This document shows, in pieces, positions 16,425 through 24,510 of a DNA stretch of 32,000 nt (its first letter is position 1; every line of letters begins with the position of its first letter). Below the pieces are notes generated by a model that searched no databases, was not told where the DNA came from, and saw nothing but the letters and a program-made list of their open reading frames with translations. The position numbers were made by a program, and so were the translations under genes. This DNA is from Prochlorococcus sp. MIT 0801. Its GTDB lineage: Bacteria > Cyanobacteriota > Cyanobacteriia > PCC-6307 > Cyanobiaceae. The DNA lies in the NCBI RefSeq assembly GCF_000757865.1, contig NZ_CP007754.1:1170001-1202000 (forward strand). The letters are read 5' to 3'.

Positions 16425-16819
16425 TCTAAATCAACTCTTTTAACTGTTGGTTTTACTTCTAGTTGTCCTTGACTAAGTTTAAAAAGATTCGCATAGGAAA
16501 TAGATTCTTCATCTCCAATTGATTTAATTTGTTCAATTGTTCTAAGAAGTTTTTCTTTAAATTCTTCAGCTTCAGATTTACTACTACAAATACGAAAGAT
16601 GTCATTATGGATTAAAACTCCCCATTGTTTTTTTATTGTTGTATGTGCATCTGCAGGGTCTTTCCGATAAGGAACAAGTCTCCCATTGATTTTCCAATTA
16701 CCTTCCTGAGAGTCTTCAATGATCAGTGATTCAATATTAGAGTTATATGAAGTAATAACTTTGTCCGCATGATCCGACCAATACCTTCGAGAATAGATAG
16801 GAGTAACTTGAATAGTCAT
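16421..16819 (-). CDS. Hypothetical protein (132 aa), convergent with int1
   Basis: Clean ORF whose 3' end overlaps the int1 stop by 4 nt. No family recognised. Confidence 0.45.
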   Translation of the reverse strand: MTIQVTPIYSRRYWSDHADKVITSYNSNIESLIIEDSQEGNWKINGRLVPYRKDPADAHTTIKKQWGVLIHNDIFRICSSKSEAEEFKEKLLRTIEQIKSIGDEESISYANLFKLSQGQLEVKPTVKRVDLD

Positions 16820-17150
16820 GTCTTTAATCCTTTTATTAGTTATTTTTGAGGTTAGAGAAAAAGACTTCCAACAAACATTAATTATTTAACAATTCACATT
16901 TCAAAAATCATAGTTTGATCGATTGAGACATAGCTACTTCTTTCTCATGCACAATCTAACTAAAAATAATTTGTAGATAATAGGTTGCACTTTTCTATAG
17001 ATGTGGATACTCTCCCACTAATAGAGAAGGCACGTTTTTGAGCTAAATCGGACAAAGCTTTTAGTTGCAACGCTAACTAAGACACCGAACTCAAATAGCA
17101 GAGCTAGCGGAAAGCCCTCACCAAATAATAATCTTTACCACTAATGAATA

Positions 17151-17375
17151 ATGTCCACGTCCCAATGGGTATCGACTTCTAATGCTGCAAAGGCCTTAGG
17201 ACTTAATCCTGTAACTCTTCTCCGAAAAAGAGTACAGCTAGAAAAAGATGGTTTCTTAAAACCCAACATCCATTACATAAGAACAGGGCAAACGAAGAAT
17301 TGCTCTTATTTATGGAAATTAGATGCACTTGAGGAATTACTCAGCAAATGGAAAGCTCCTAAGAGGTCCATCTAA
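17151..17375 (+). CDS. Small HTH DNA-binding protein (excisionase/AlpA-like)
   Basis: 74 aa. WVSTSNAAKALGLNPVTLLRKRV is a helix-turn-helix of the MerR/excisionase type. Its stop overlaps the next ATG (TAATG at 17373-17377). Confidence 0.6.
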   Translation: MSTSQWVSTSNAAKALGLNPVTLLRKRVQLEKDGFLKPNIHYIRTGQTKNCSYLWKLDALEELLSKWKAPKRSI

Positions 17376-19225
17376 TGAAAAATACATCTATCAATAAAGC
17401 ACCAACACAAGCGAAGTCGGACGACTTTACAAAAGAGTGGTCCAACAAAAGAGAATGTACTTTTAGTCATTTCAAGCAGTGGTGTAGAGAAGCCGAATAC
17501 TTAGTGCTATCAAACTATGAAGATCTAGATGCATTTAAAGGTGAAGAGATTCTTGAACCCATAAGTATTGAAAAACTATTCGAAAATGACTTCGAACCAC
17601 CAAGAGTTGGATCAGCCTATAAAAAATATTGTCGACTTGAATCTCAATATTATTTATTTGATTTAGACCACCCTGACTATCTAGGAAATTATTGGAATCT
17701 AATTGGTTTACTTTGGGGAGCACTACAAACTCATCAAGACCCTTATTTTCATAAGTGGAATTATCGAATGAAGTGCAATATCCAAGAAGCAAAGGCGTCT
17801 GGGGAAGATTATTCCATTTACGAAAGGATGATTCATCTAAACGACGTCGCAGAAATTGAGCCTATTGAAGAATTTGAAGCGCGCTTACTTCTAATAAAAA
17901 TGAAAGCTGGTGTGGTTTATAGACTTATTGAGGGAAAAGACAAGCCAGATATAGAGGATTATTTAACACCCATGGAACATATCAAGTGGCTCAAAACAAA
18001 TCACGTTCCACTAAATCCACCCTCAATAACAACAAAAACAGAAGACTCTTTAACGATCTTAGAGAAAGGTTGGAATGAGATAAAACTACTCCCTAGACCT
18101 AGTCAAAGGCGTTTAGGACTAAAGCAGCTACAAAAAGAGTTGAAGATGAATCCCAAAGAGCTCAGCTCTCTTATTTATGAATTGCAAGTGGAGAAGTCAT
18201 CTAAGAATCAAAAACTAAACAACTTCAATGCTGTCATGTCAGGTGAGTTCAACCAGAAGACACTTGTAGATAATTTCATCATGAGCGGGACAGTATCCAT
18301 GCTTGCAGGGGACGGGGGCTCAGGTAAAACCTCGTTGCTCTATCAAACAGCAGAGTCAGTTACGACAGGTAAGCCATTATTTGGAAGACTCACTACTAAG
18401 AAAAGAAAATGTCTATTAATCCAAGGTGATGAGAGTCACGTTAATGCACAAACAAAATGGAAAAGGATGAACTTGCAACCCGATCCAGCTCAATGGGAAT
18501 TGTGTTGGAAATGGACTGCAAGCCAACTTCCAGACCTAAGACAGTGGATTGATAACAATGGTTTTGGCCTTGTCCAAATGGATTCTTTTGGAGTTTTATT
18601 TGGTGGTAATGAGGCTATGAATGATGCTGAAATTGGACTCTACATGTATGAACTAAACAGTATTGCCGCGGATACTGGAGCAGCAATTGTGGTAAATCAT
18701 CATCTAAAAAAAAGGACACATAAGAATACTAAGGAGGCAGCGAAATGGAAACCATCTTTAGGAGACTTCTTTGGTTCGTCATACATCGTTAATGGAATTA
18801 GAGATGCTTGGGGTTTATGGAAAAAAGGAGAACATCTTGATGGATCGCCCATCTATGGATTGAAGTATCTCAAAGATAATTCTGGATTAATAGAAAATGG
18901 CTTTGTTATGAACCTACTAGGATCTGAAGAATCCTATAGATACTCTCTATTTGGTGACGAGGGTGGAGTTAAAGAGCTCGACGTTCGTAACACTATTCGT
19001 AGTCAACTTCATTCAGGACTTAAATCAAAAGCAGGGGAATGGCTACCATTTACAACTCTAAAAACCTTTACGCCTAAAGCAGATGACAGATCAATAAAAA
19101 GAGAATTAGCAAATTTATTTACTCATGCTGCTGCTACAGGTATAGAACGTAGACCAATTGAATCAGGACACGTTGGACGTCCCAAGTATGAATACCGTTT
19201 TGCAATATGCGGGGTGTGTGATTAA
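17375..19225 (+). CDS. Replication protein: about 300-aa N-terminal domain of unknown type plus a RepA/DnaB-like RecA-fold P-loop ATPase (AAA_25-like)
   Basis: Walker A MLAGDGGSGKTSLLYQ is present. LLIQGDES and Walker B-like GLVQMDSF follow, then VVNHHLKK. This arrangement is typical of plasmid RepA / AAA_25 helicases. The gene is translationally coupled to the HTH gene. Confidence 0.7.
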   Translation: MKNTSINKAPTQAKSDDFTKEWSNKRECTFSHFKQWCREAEYLVLSNYEDLDAFKGEEILEPISIEKLFENDFEPPRVGSAYKKYCRLESQYYLFDLDHPDYLGNYWNLIGLLWGALQTHQDPYFHKWNYRMKCNIQEAKASGEDYSIYERMIHLNDVAEIEPIEEFEARLLLIKMKAGVVYRLIEGKDKPDIEDYLTPMEHIKWLKTNHVPLNPPSITTKTEDSLTILEKGWNEIKLLPRPSQRRLGLKQLQKELKMNPKELSSLIYELQVEKSSKNQKLNNFNAVMSGEFNQKTLVDNFIMSGTVSMLAGDGGSGKTSLLYQTAESVTTGKPLFGRLTTKKRKCLLIQGDESHVNAQTKWKRMNLQPDPAQWELCWKWTASQLPDLRQWIDNNGFGLVQMDSFGVLFGGNEAMNDAEIGLYMYELNSIAADTGAAIVVNHHLKKRTHKNTKEAAKWKPSLGDFFGSSYIVNGIRDAWGLWKKGEHLDGSPIYGLKYLKDNSGLIENGFVMNLLGSEESYRYSLFGDEGGVKELDVRNTIRSQLHSGLKSKAGEWLPFTTLKTFTPKADDRSIKRELANLFTHAAATGIERRPIESGHVGRPKYEYRFAICGVCD

Positions 19226-19422
19226 TGTCATAAATTAAAAATGTCATCCCCAAATACGTTCCAGTGCAATAGAAGAGAAAGATACAATAATAATAAATGA
19301 CAAAAAACTAACACCCCACAAGTGCTTGCTGGTTCGTACAAATTAAAAGTGTAGACACATAAATTAAATGATTTTTTCTAACTTAAAAACCCTAAAATAA
19401 CTACAGAAAAATTTCTAGCACT

Positions 19423-19581
19423 GTGAGATTCGAAAGAGAACTGGAACGTCTACGTCAACGGGTACAACAGATATCGATTGAACAAGCACCACCGACTCTT
19501 CGTATGGTGATGATTAAAGATGAAATAATTCCAATAGATCTAACCGTATGGGATTTACCCATAACAGTGGAGAGTAAATAA
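19423..19581 (+). CDS. Possible 52-aa ORF abutting the next gene (below the ORF-track cutoff)
   Basis: GTG start. The translation is RFERELERLRQRVQQISIEQAPPTLRMVMIKDEIIPIDLTVWDLPITVESK*. The stop is immediately followed by the ATG at 19582. Confidence 0.25.
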   Translation: MRFERELERLRQRVQQISIEQAPPTLRMVMIKDEIIPIDLTVWDLPITVESK

Positions 19582-20028
19582 ATGACTTTGACTGATTTCG
19601 AACCAAGAAGAAAAGGAAGACCTTCTATAGAAGAGATACCTCTGCCTCCTCACGTACAAAGAGCACTTGTTCTCAGAGGCAATGGATCGTCATGGAAAGA
19701 TGCTGCTGAATCAGTAGGGATGGATTATCGAACACTCAGGAAATACGTCAGAGATCATCCTGATGCAAATGAGTTCCTGGAACGTCAAACACAAGACGCT
19801 TTAGATCAAAGCCATAGCAAACTCATTGCTGCAGCACCTGCAGCGGCACAAAGATTAATCGATGTAATTAATGACGAGGGCAATAGAGGTTATGTAGTTG
19901 TTCAAGCTGTTGAGAGTTTATTTAGGATTATTGATCGAGGTATTACAGATCGAGAGAACGCTGAGCAACTCAAAGAGATTAGAAACTCTATAAATGCTCT
20001 TGAAGGTGGAAAGATAATTAATGTCTGA
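19582..20028 (+). CDS. HTH-domain protein resembling a phage small-terminase subunit or regulator
   Basis: 148 aa. RKGRPSIEE...GSSWKDAAESVGMDYRTLRKYVRDHPDANEFLERQ is followed by a helical coiled region. This layout is common in TerS proteins. The functional call is tentative. Confidence 0.4.
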   Translation: MTLTDFEPRRKGRPSIEEIPLPPHVQRALVLRGNGSSWKDAAESVGMDYRTLRKYVRDHPDANEFLERQTQDALDQSHSKLIAAAPAAAQRLIDVINDEGNRGYVVVQAVESLFRIIDRGITDRENAEQLKEIRNSINALEGGKIINV

Positions 20029-20063
20029 ATGGCCTAGATAAGCTAGAAAGGTAGAAAGAAGTA

Positions 20064-21293
20064 ATGATGTTTATGCAACTAAGGCTATTACTCTTTCTTT
20101 CTCTTCTACCCTCAATATTCTTCATAGAAGCTAAGTCCTTTGGAGTATTAAGTGATAACTGCAATGCGAACAAATACACACCAGCTGAATTATTTAAATC
20201 GAAAGTAAATTCCGTCGTTGTTATCACCTCTGAAGGAAGTCAAGGGAGTGGATTTGTAGTTGAAAGACGCAAAGGTCATTCTTATATACTTACCAATGCT
20301 CATGTTGTCGGTAATAAAAAACGAGTAGACGTTAAATGGAATGATGGAGAAGTTGATCGAGCAGAAGTAGTTGGGAACTTGGGGGGGGATAAACTTGAGA
20401 GAGATCTTGCATTAATTAAAGTCGCTGGAACGAAAGGAACACCAATAAAACTTAGTAAAAATTCGCCAGAAGTTGGTTCTGATGTCGTCGTGATTGGAGC
20501 ACCTAGTGGTCTCGAATTTAGTCTGACAAGAGGTGTTGTTAGTCAAATTAGAGATCGAGAGAATTTTGTCCAAATTGATGCCCCTGTAAATCCTGGCAAC
20601 AGCGGTGGTCCTGTATTTAATAATGGTGGATGTGCGATTGGTGTTGTTACCTTCAAATCTGGTGAAGGGACAGAGGGACTCAACTTTGCTATCGGGAATA
20701 AGCAAATAACAAAGTTTTTAAAAAATCCAATTATTGATGAAGAGGCAATTAATAAACAAACACTTGCGAATCTCCCATTACCACCAAAATCAATTGAAGG
20801 ACCATTCCCGCCTTTTGAATTTGAATATGGAGAAACTTACAGTCAAATACAAGTTAACAAAGGGAATAAAGAATGGACTACTCTCACTGTAACAACTGAA
20901 TTGTCACCTAATAGAGAGCCAAAAACAAATCGATTAATGATAGAAAATAAATCCATCAGAAAAGATGAAGACTGGTTTTCTGTAAAAGCTATAAGAAACG
21001 CCCTATCAACCTTTGCCGAGGTCACCGTTCAAAAAACAGGTCAAAAAGTTTATCTCTCTGGTTCCTACCCTTTTGAAAGAAAAATCAATTGCAAAGATCA
21101 AATAGTTCAGCATGGTCCAACAACTTATAAAGGGAGAACAACGGGACCAACTAACTATTACAAAGTTGGTCCAGGCTGGTTTATGACAAAGTACGAGATC
21201 AAAAAAGGCAAATTAGTTGATCTGCCCGGGAACAGCAAAGAAGTCGATCAAATGGAAAACGCTGCTTTGTTTAATTATTTTTGCAAAGGCTAA
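20064..21293 (+). CDS. Secreted trypsin-like (S1C/HtrA-type) serine protease with a non-PDZ C-terminal domain of unknown function
   Basis: A signal peptide is present. The catalytic triad context is TNAHVV (His), RDLALIKV (Asp) and GNSGGPVF (Ser). The last about 190 aa contains no recognisable PDZ domain. Confidence 0.85.
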   Translation: MMFMQLRLLLFLSLLPSIFFIEAKSFGVLSDNCNANKYTPAELFKSKVNSVVVITSEGSQGSGFVVERRKGHSYILTNAHVVGNKKRVDVKWNDGEVDRAEVVGNLGGDKLERDLALIKVAGTKGTPIKLSKNSPEVGSDVVVIGAPSGLEFSLTRGVVSQIRDRENFVQIDAPVNPGNSGGPVFNNGGCAIGVVTFKSGEGTEGLNFAIGNKQITKFLKNPIIDEEAINKQTLANLPLPPKSIEGPFPPFEFEYGETYSQIQVNKGNKEWTTLTVTTELSPNREPKTNRLMIENKSIRKDEDWFSVKAIRNALSTFAEVTVQKTGQKVYLSGSYPFERKINCKDQIVQHGPTTYKGRTTGPTNYYKVGPGWFMTKYEIKKGKLVDLPGNSKEVDQMENAALFNYFCKG

Positions 21294-21344
21294 AAACCAA
21301 AATATTCACAAAGGACACATACCACAATCCTTCAAAAACTTCAC

Positions 21345-21470
21345 ATGAAATCTCAGGAATTATCTGCTGAAGAACAAGCTCTCTGGAATGAGGTTGAAGA
21401 AAGAATTGATCGTAATTTGAAAAAAGAATTATTTGAGAGGCTTAAAGAGTATGGTTTGAAAATTGAATAA
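21345..21470 (+). CDS. Possible 41-aa helical peptide (below the ORF-track cutoff)
   Basis: Manual translation gives MKSQELSAEEQALWNEVEERIDRNLKKELFERLKEYGLKIE*. Confidence 0.2.
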   Translation: MKSQELSAEEQALWNEVEERIDRNLKKELFERLKEYGLKIE

Positions 21471-21550
21471 GTTTTTATGTGATATTTGTTTTAACTAGAT
21501 CAGCTAGAAAGGTATAGAGATCTATATTCCTCATACAGAAAGAGTCCTAA

Positions 21551-22753
21551 ATGAAGCCAGACTTACGAATCACTGATCCTGATGATTTCGAGAAAGTCGT
21601 AGCAAGACAATGTATGACTTTGGGCTACGAAGTCGTAATGCCAACAAAAAACAATCCCGGATACGACATTGAATTAATTAAAGGGAAAGAAAGAATCGCT
21701 GTACAAGTTAAATGTCATAAAGCAAAGCAAAACACAGGTCAATACAAAAAGTTTGTTGCTTTTTTAGAACTTCCAATAGCTTCAAATTTCACTAGTGGAT
21801 GGTTTATCTCGCAAAGTGGATATAGCAAAAATGTTTTAGCTCTTGCTGAAGCAGATCGAGAGCCAAATCTAAAGCTAGGAACTTCCTCACAAAGAGGAAT
21901 CAAATGGAATTATGACCCTGATTTAGCCCCAGGAGAAAGCCCTGAAGAAGAGAAAGAAGAGGATATAGAGGAAAAGAATGTAAAAGATGAAGCAGTCAAA
22001 TATTTTGGAATTTTCACTTGTAAAGGAGGTGTTGGGAAAACGACTGTTGCAGCTCATCTGGCTGGTGCATTCGCAATAATGGGTTATGACGTAATCCTGC
22101 TAGATCTTGATCCTGACAGGAATTTGAGGAAATTGTTTCTTCAAGATCAGGACTCTGATGAAGATGCTTCTTTGTATATCCCCCCCAATAAAAAAGGTTT
22201 TTCAGGAGCAACAATCACTGTCTTAAATGCCGACGAATGGGATGAAAGGTCATATTCCGAAAAAGTCGTTATTTGTGATTGCTCTCCTGTCCTTTCCGAA
22301 AATCCTAAGTATCTAATAAGAAAATTTGATTATTGCGTAATACCCACAACCCTTAATCCTCTTGGTATCGCAAAGAATGGCGATGTGATCACAAGAACTT
22401 TCAAACATATTAGAAAAATGAATAACAAGGCTGAAATGTTTTGTTTGATCAACTCATATAGCGGAGCTCAATCATACGAAGAAAGAAATAAACATCTATT
22501 AGCCTTGGTTGAAAAGCCAATCAAGGAATATCAAAAGAACGATCCAAAATGTCAACTTATACATCCTGATTATGTGAAGATTAGAGAAAGTAGAGCTCTT
22601 CGATATTGGGGGTATCACCTTGTCGATGGATCTCCACCTCAATTAGCTTTCAAATCTGTTGCTAATAGAAGTGCTCCAAGAACTGACTTCATGCAATTAG
22701 CAGAATATTTAGAGGATCACACCTCAATCACTTCAACAAGAGAACTTGATTAA
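21551..22753 (+). CDS. Fusion protein: N-terminal Mrr-like PD-(D/E)xK nuclease domain plus C-terminal ParA/MinD-type deviant Walker A ATPase
   Basis: The N-terminal sequence ...GYDIELIKGKERIAVQVKCHK gives a D...E-x-K core as in Mrr_cat. An acidic linker follows (PEEEKEEDIEEKNVKDE). Then GIFTCKGGVGKTTVAAHLAGAFAIMGYDVILLDLDPD gives the KGGxGKT deviant Walker A and Walker A' region. Confidence 0.75.
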   Translation: MKPDLRITDPDDFEKVVARQCMTLGYEVVMPTKNNPGYDIELIKGKERIAVQVKCHKAKQNTGQYKKFVAFLELPIASNFTSGWFISQSGYSKNVLALAEADREPNLKLGTSSQRGIKWNYDPDLAPGESPEEEKEEDIEEKNVKDEAVKYFGIFTCKGGVGKTTVAAHLAGAFAIMGYDVILLDLDPDRNLRKLFLQDQDSDEDASLYIPPNKKGFSGATITVLNADEWDERSYSEKVVICDCSPVLSENPKYLIRKFDYCVIPTTLNPLGIAKNGDVITRTFKHIRKMNNKAEMFCLINSYSGAQSYEERNKHLLALVEKPIKEYQKNDPKCQLIHPDYVKIRESRALRYWGYHLVDGSPPQLAFKSVANRSAPRTDFMQLAEYLEDHTSITSTRELD

Positions 22754-22809
22754 GGGTTAATGAGAAAAGAATTTCTCTTACCAGTCGACCTAACTGCAAG
22801 GAACTATTA

Positions 22810-23013
22810 ATGCAAAAAATGCTAATCACAGTAGGACTACTGATCGCATCAATAGGTGTTCTATATCCTTACTTAAAACGAATAGGGTTAGGACGATTGC
22901 CTGGGGACATCATTATTCGAAGTGAAAACTCATCTTTTTATTTTCCAGTAGTTAGCTGTATTGCCATCAGCCTGCTTCTTTCAGTCATTTTTAATTTATT
23001 TCGATCCTCCTAA
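22810..23013 (+). CDS. DUF2905-like small membrane protein
   Basis: 67 aa with two TM helices flanking GLGRLPGDIIIRSEN, the characteristic (K/R)LPGDI motif. Confidence 0.55.
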   Translation: MQKMLITVGLLIASIGVLYPYLKRIGLGRLPGDIIIRSENSSFYFPVVSCIAISLLLSVIFNLFRSS

Positions 23014-23201
23014 TGAGTTTCGCTGATAACTGGGCCAGGGTTTTTGTTGTGATTACTTTTCTAACTTTTGGAGAAGCTCAGATCATTGGTGGCATCGTTC
23101 CGAACCTTATTGCTTTTAGCTTGTTTCTTGGAGCAATTGGATACTTTGCTTTAACTGGAAAAATGGCTGAGATGTTTGGTATTAAAAAACGGCCCAAATA
23201 A
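23013..23201 (+). CDS. Small two-TM membrane protein (62 aa)
   Basis: The start overlaps the previous stop (TAATG). The protein is hydrophobic with a basic C-terminus. Confidence 0.4.
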   Translation: MSFADNWARVFVVITFLTFGEAQIIGGIVPNLIAFSLFLGAIGYFALTGKMAEMFGIKKRPK

Positions 23202-23263
23202 GATTATTCCTCCACCGTTTGACCGCCGATTGCTATCGAAAACGCAGGAATGAAATGACTCAG

Positions 23264-23416
23264 TCAATCCTTATTATCAAATTCTTCTTCTTTCTGGATT
23301 TTAATTTCAACTCTCATATTCATTCCTAAAAAAACAATGATGACTCCTATTACCGGAAGCCAAAGGCCAAATTGTTTTGATTCAGCTGCTGCTTGATTAA
23401 AAATATCAGGAGTCAT
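23264..23416 (-). CDS. Possible 50-aa single-TM peptide (below the ORF-track cutoff)
   Basis: Manual translation gives MTPDIFNQAAAESKQFGLWLPVIGVIIVFLGMNMRVEIKIQKEEEFDNKD*. Its ATG overlaps the stop of the upstream small ORF (TAATG). Confidence 0.3.
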   Translation of the reverse strand: MTPDIFNQAAAESKQFGLWLPVIGVIIVFLGMNMRVEIKIQKEEEFDNKD

Positions 23417-23574
23417 TATTGATTAACACTCCATTTATCTTGATAAGGAAGTTGGTAATCCTCTTTATTCATAGGAATCCAACTCCAATCAACGCAAATG
23501 GTTATTTGATAACCAATTACATATAAAGCAAGCATTGCATTGAATAAATTTATGTGTTGAACGGGAGCATCCAT
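23416..23574 (-). CDS. Possible 52-aa peptide (below the ORF-track cutoff)
   Basis: Manual translation gives MDAPVQHINLFNAMLALYVIGYQITICVDWSWIPMNKEDYQLPYQDKWSVNQ*. It is coupled to the ORF at 23264-23416. Confidence 0.3.
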   Translation of the reverse strand: MDAPVQHINLFNAMLALYVIGYQITICVDWSWIPMNKEDYQLPYQDKWSVNQ

Positions 23575-23758
23575 AATTATCACTAAAAAATTTCACTAAA
23601 TATTCTCACAGAAGATAAGAATGTAGTTGACGGAAAATACTACACAAATTCATCCGTCGGGAGGCCACCTCGAAAGTTACTTGATGTTAATTGGAAGACT
23701 TTTTGCATCTTTCATCTCGATTTTCGTTAAAAATCAAATTCAAATATATTTTTCTTCA

Positions 23759-24064
23759 ATGGCTCTTTTTAAACTTGACTGGGCATTTCCTACTCAGGAA
23801 TCATCATTTGCAGGAGGAGAAAAATTTCTTGAATATCTTGAAGCTGGTGGTCCAGCTGACGAAACTGAAGGTTTTAAAATTCTTTGGCGTGTAACCAACC
23901 CACTTAATGGAACAGGTAGCTTCGTCGCTGAAGCAACTGATATCAGCAAGATGTGGGAACACGCTGCTCCTTGGATCAAAGGGTTTGGATGTATGTGCGA
24001 AGTAGAGGCTGTGTTCTCAGACGAGCAATTTGTTACTACTGCGAAAAAAATCTACGCATCTTAA
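23759..24064 (+). CDS. Hypothetical soluble protein (101 aa from ATG 23759)
   Basis: The tracked ORF starts at TTG 23627. The ATG at 23759 (MALFKLDWAFP...) is the more plausible start. It is followed by a strong terminator. Confidence 0.5.
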   Translation: MALFKLDWAFPTQESSFAGGEKFLEYLEAGGPADETEGFKILWRVTNPLNGTGSFVAEATDISKMWEHAAPWIKGFGCMCEVEAVFSDEQFVTTAKKIYAS

Positions 24065-24109
24065 ATAATTGACTTATCTATAGTTGAAATCATTTTTGGA
24101 TGAATACTC

Positions 24110-24136
24110 AGGACTGACTTAGCTCAGTCCTTTTTT
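24110..24136 (+). terminator. Rho-independent terminator
   Basis: AGGACTGA (24110-24117) / TCAGTCCT (24124-24131) form an 8-bp perfect stem with a 6-nt loop, followed by a T-run. Confidence 0.75.
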
Positions 24137-24137
24137 A

Positions 24138-24275
24138 TTAGTTGGCCATCATATAAAAAAGGAATCCTGCAAGAATAGTTAGCTTTGCACCAATGCCGTA
24201 TGCAATTATTTTTCCAAATTTTGATCCTCTGGAATAATCAGACCAATGATTATCAGCCTTATTACTTGAAGTCAT
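24138..24275 (-). CDS. Possible 45-aa membrane peptide (below the ORF-track cutoff)
   Basis: Manual translation gives MTSSNKADNHWSDYSRGSKFGKIIAYGIGAKLTILAGFLFYMMAN*. Confidence 0.3.
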   Translation of the reverse strand: MTSSNKADNHWSDYSRGSKFGKIIAYGIGAKLTILAGFLFYMMAN

Positions 24276-24471
24276 TTCTAATTAGAGAAAAGGTTTAGCG
24301 AGAAAAGGAAGTTGCTATGCAGTACACCTTCCTTAACTCTCATTGGATCAATGCTCACTGATAACCAATGTTCAAGGAACATAACTAGAAATTCATTATT
24401 CCTCTAGGCCGGTTGAGGTAGGGCTAACCAACACAGAGAGGTCAAAACCATTGCCACTAAAGACAAGTAAC

Positions 24472-24498
24472 TACTCGGGAGATCCCGCTGAGATCCCA
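24472..24498 (+). promoter_or_regulatory. Arm-type repeat, right arm of element 1
   Basis: TACTCGGGAGATCCCGCTGAGATCCCA matches 14992-15018 at 25/27 positions. It runs directly into the terminal inverted repeat CCAGTCTCAT (24496-24505). Confidence 0.55.
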
Positions 24499-24510
24499 GT
24501 CTCATTTTTG

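Larger units (their letters stand above)
14880..24510 (+). mobile_element. Integrative element 1 (about 9.6 kb), tRNA-Pro-targeting, tyrosine-recombinase type (tycheposon-like)
   Basis: Bounded by the two direct 91-nt att repeats (period 9722 bp). It has 10-bp terminal inverted repeats ATGAGACTGG (14886-14895) and CCAGTCTCAT (24496-24505). The integrase sits at the left end, followed by an HTH protein, a RepA-like ATPase and cargo. Confidence 0.7.

Noticed and set aside
17062-17081. Short inverted repeat TTAGTT-n8-AACTAA upstream of the HTH gene, considered as an operator
   Set aside because: The arms are only 6 nt in very AT-rich DNA, so it is not distinguishable from chance. It is mentioned only as part of the candidate origin region.
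17535-17792. 85-aa minus-strand ORF
   Set aside because: It is antisense inside the RepA-like gene.
20018-21025. ORFs 20018..20227 (-), 20412..20705 (-) and 20843..21025 (-)
   Set aside because: They are antisense to the protease gene, whose catalytic triad motifs confirm the plus-strand frame.
22014-22214. 66-aa minus-strand ORF
   Set aside because: It is antisense to the Walker A region of the Mrr-ParA fusion gene.
23627-23979. TTG-initiated N-terminal extension of 23627..24064, plus ORFs 23691..23894 (+) and 23794..23979 (-)
   Set aside because: The extension is hydrophobic, AT-rich sequence upstream of a good ATG at 23759. The other two ORFs overlap that gene in other frames.
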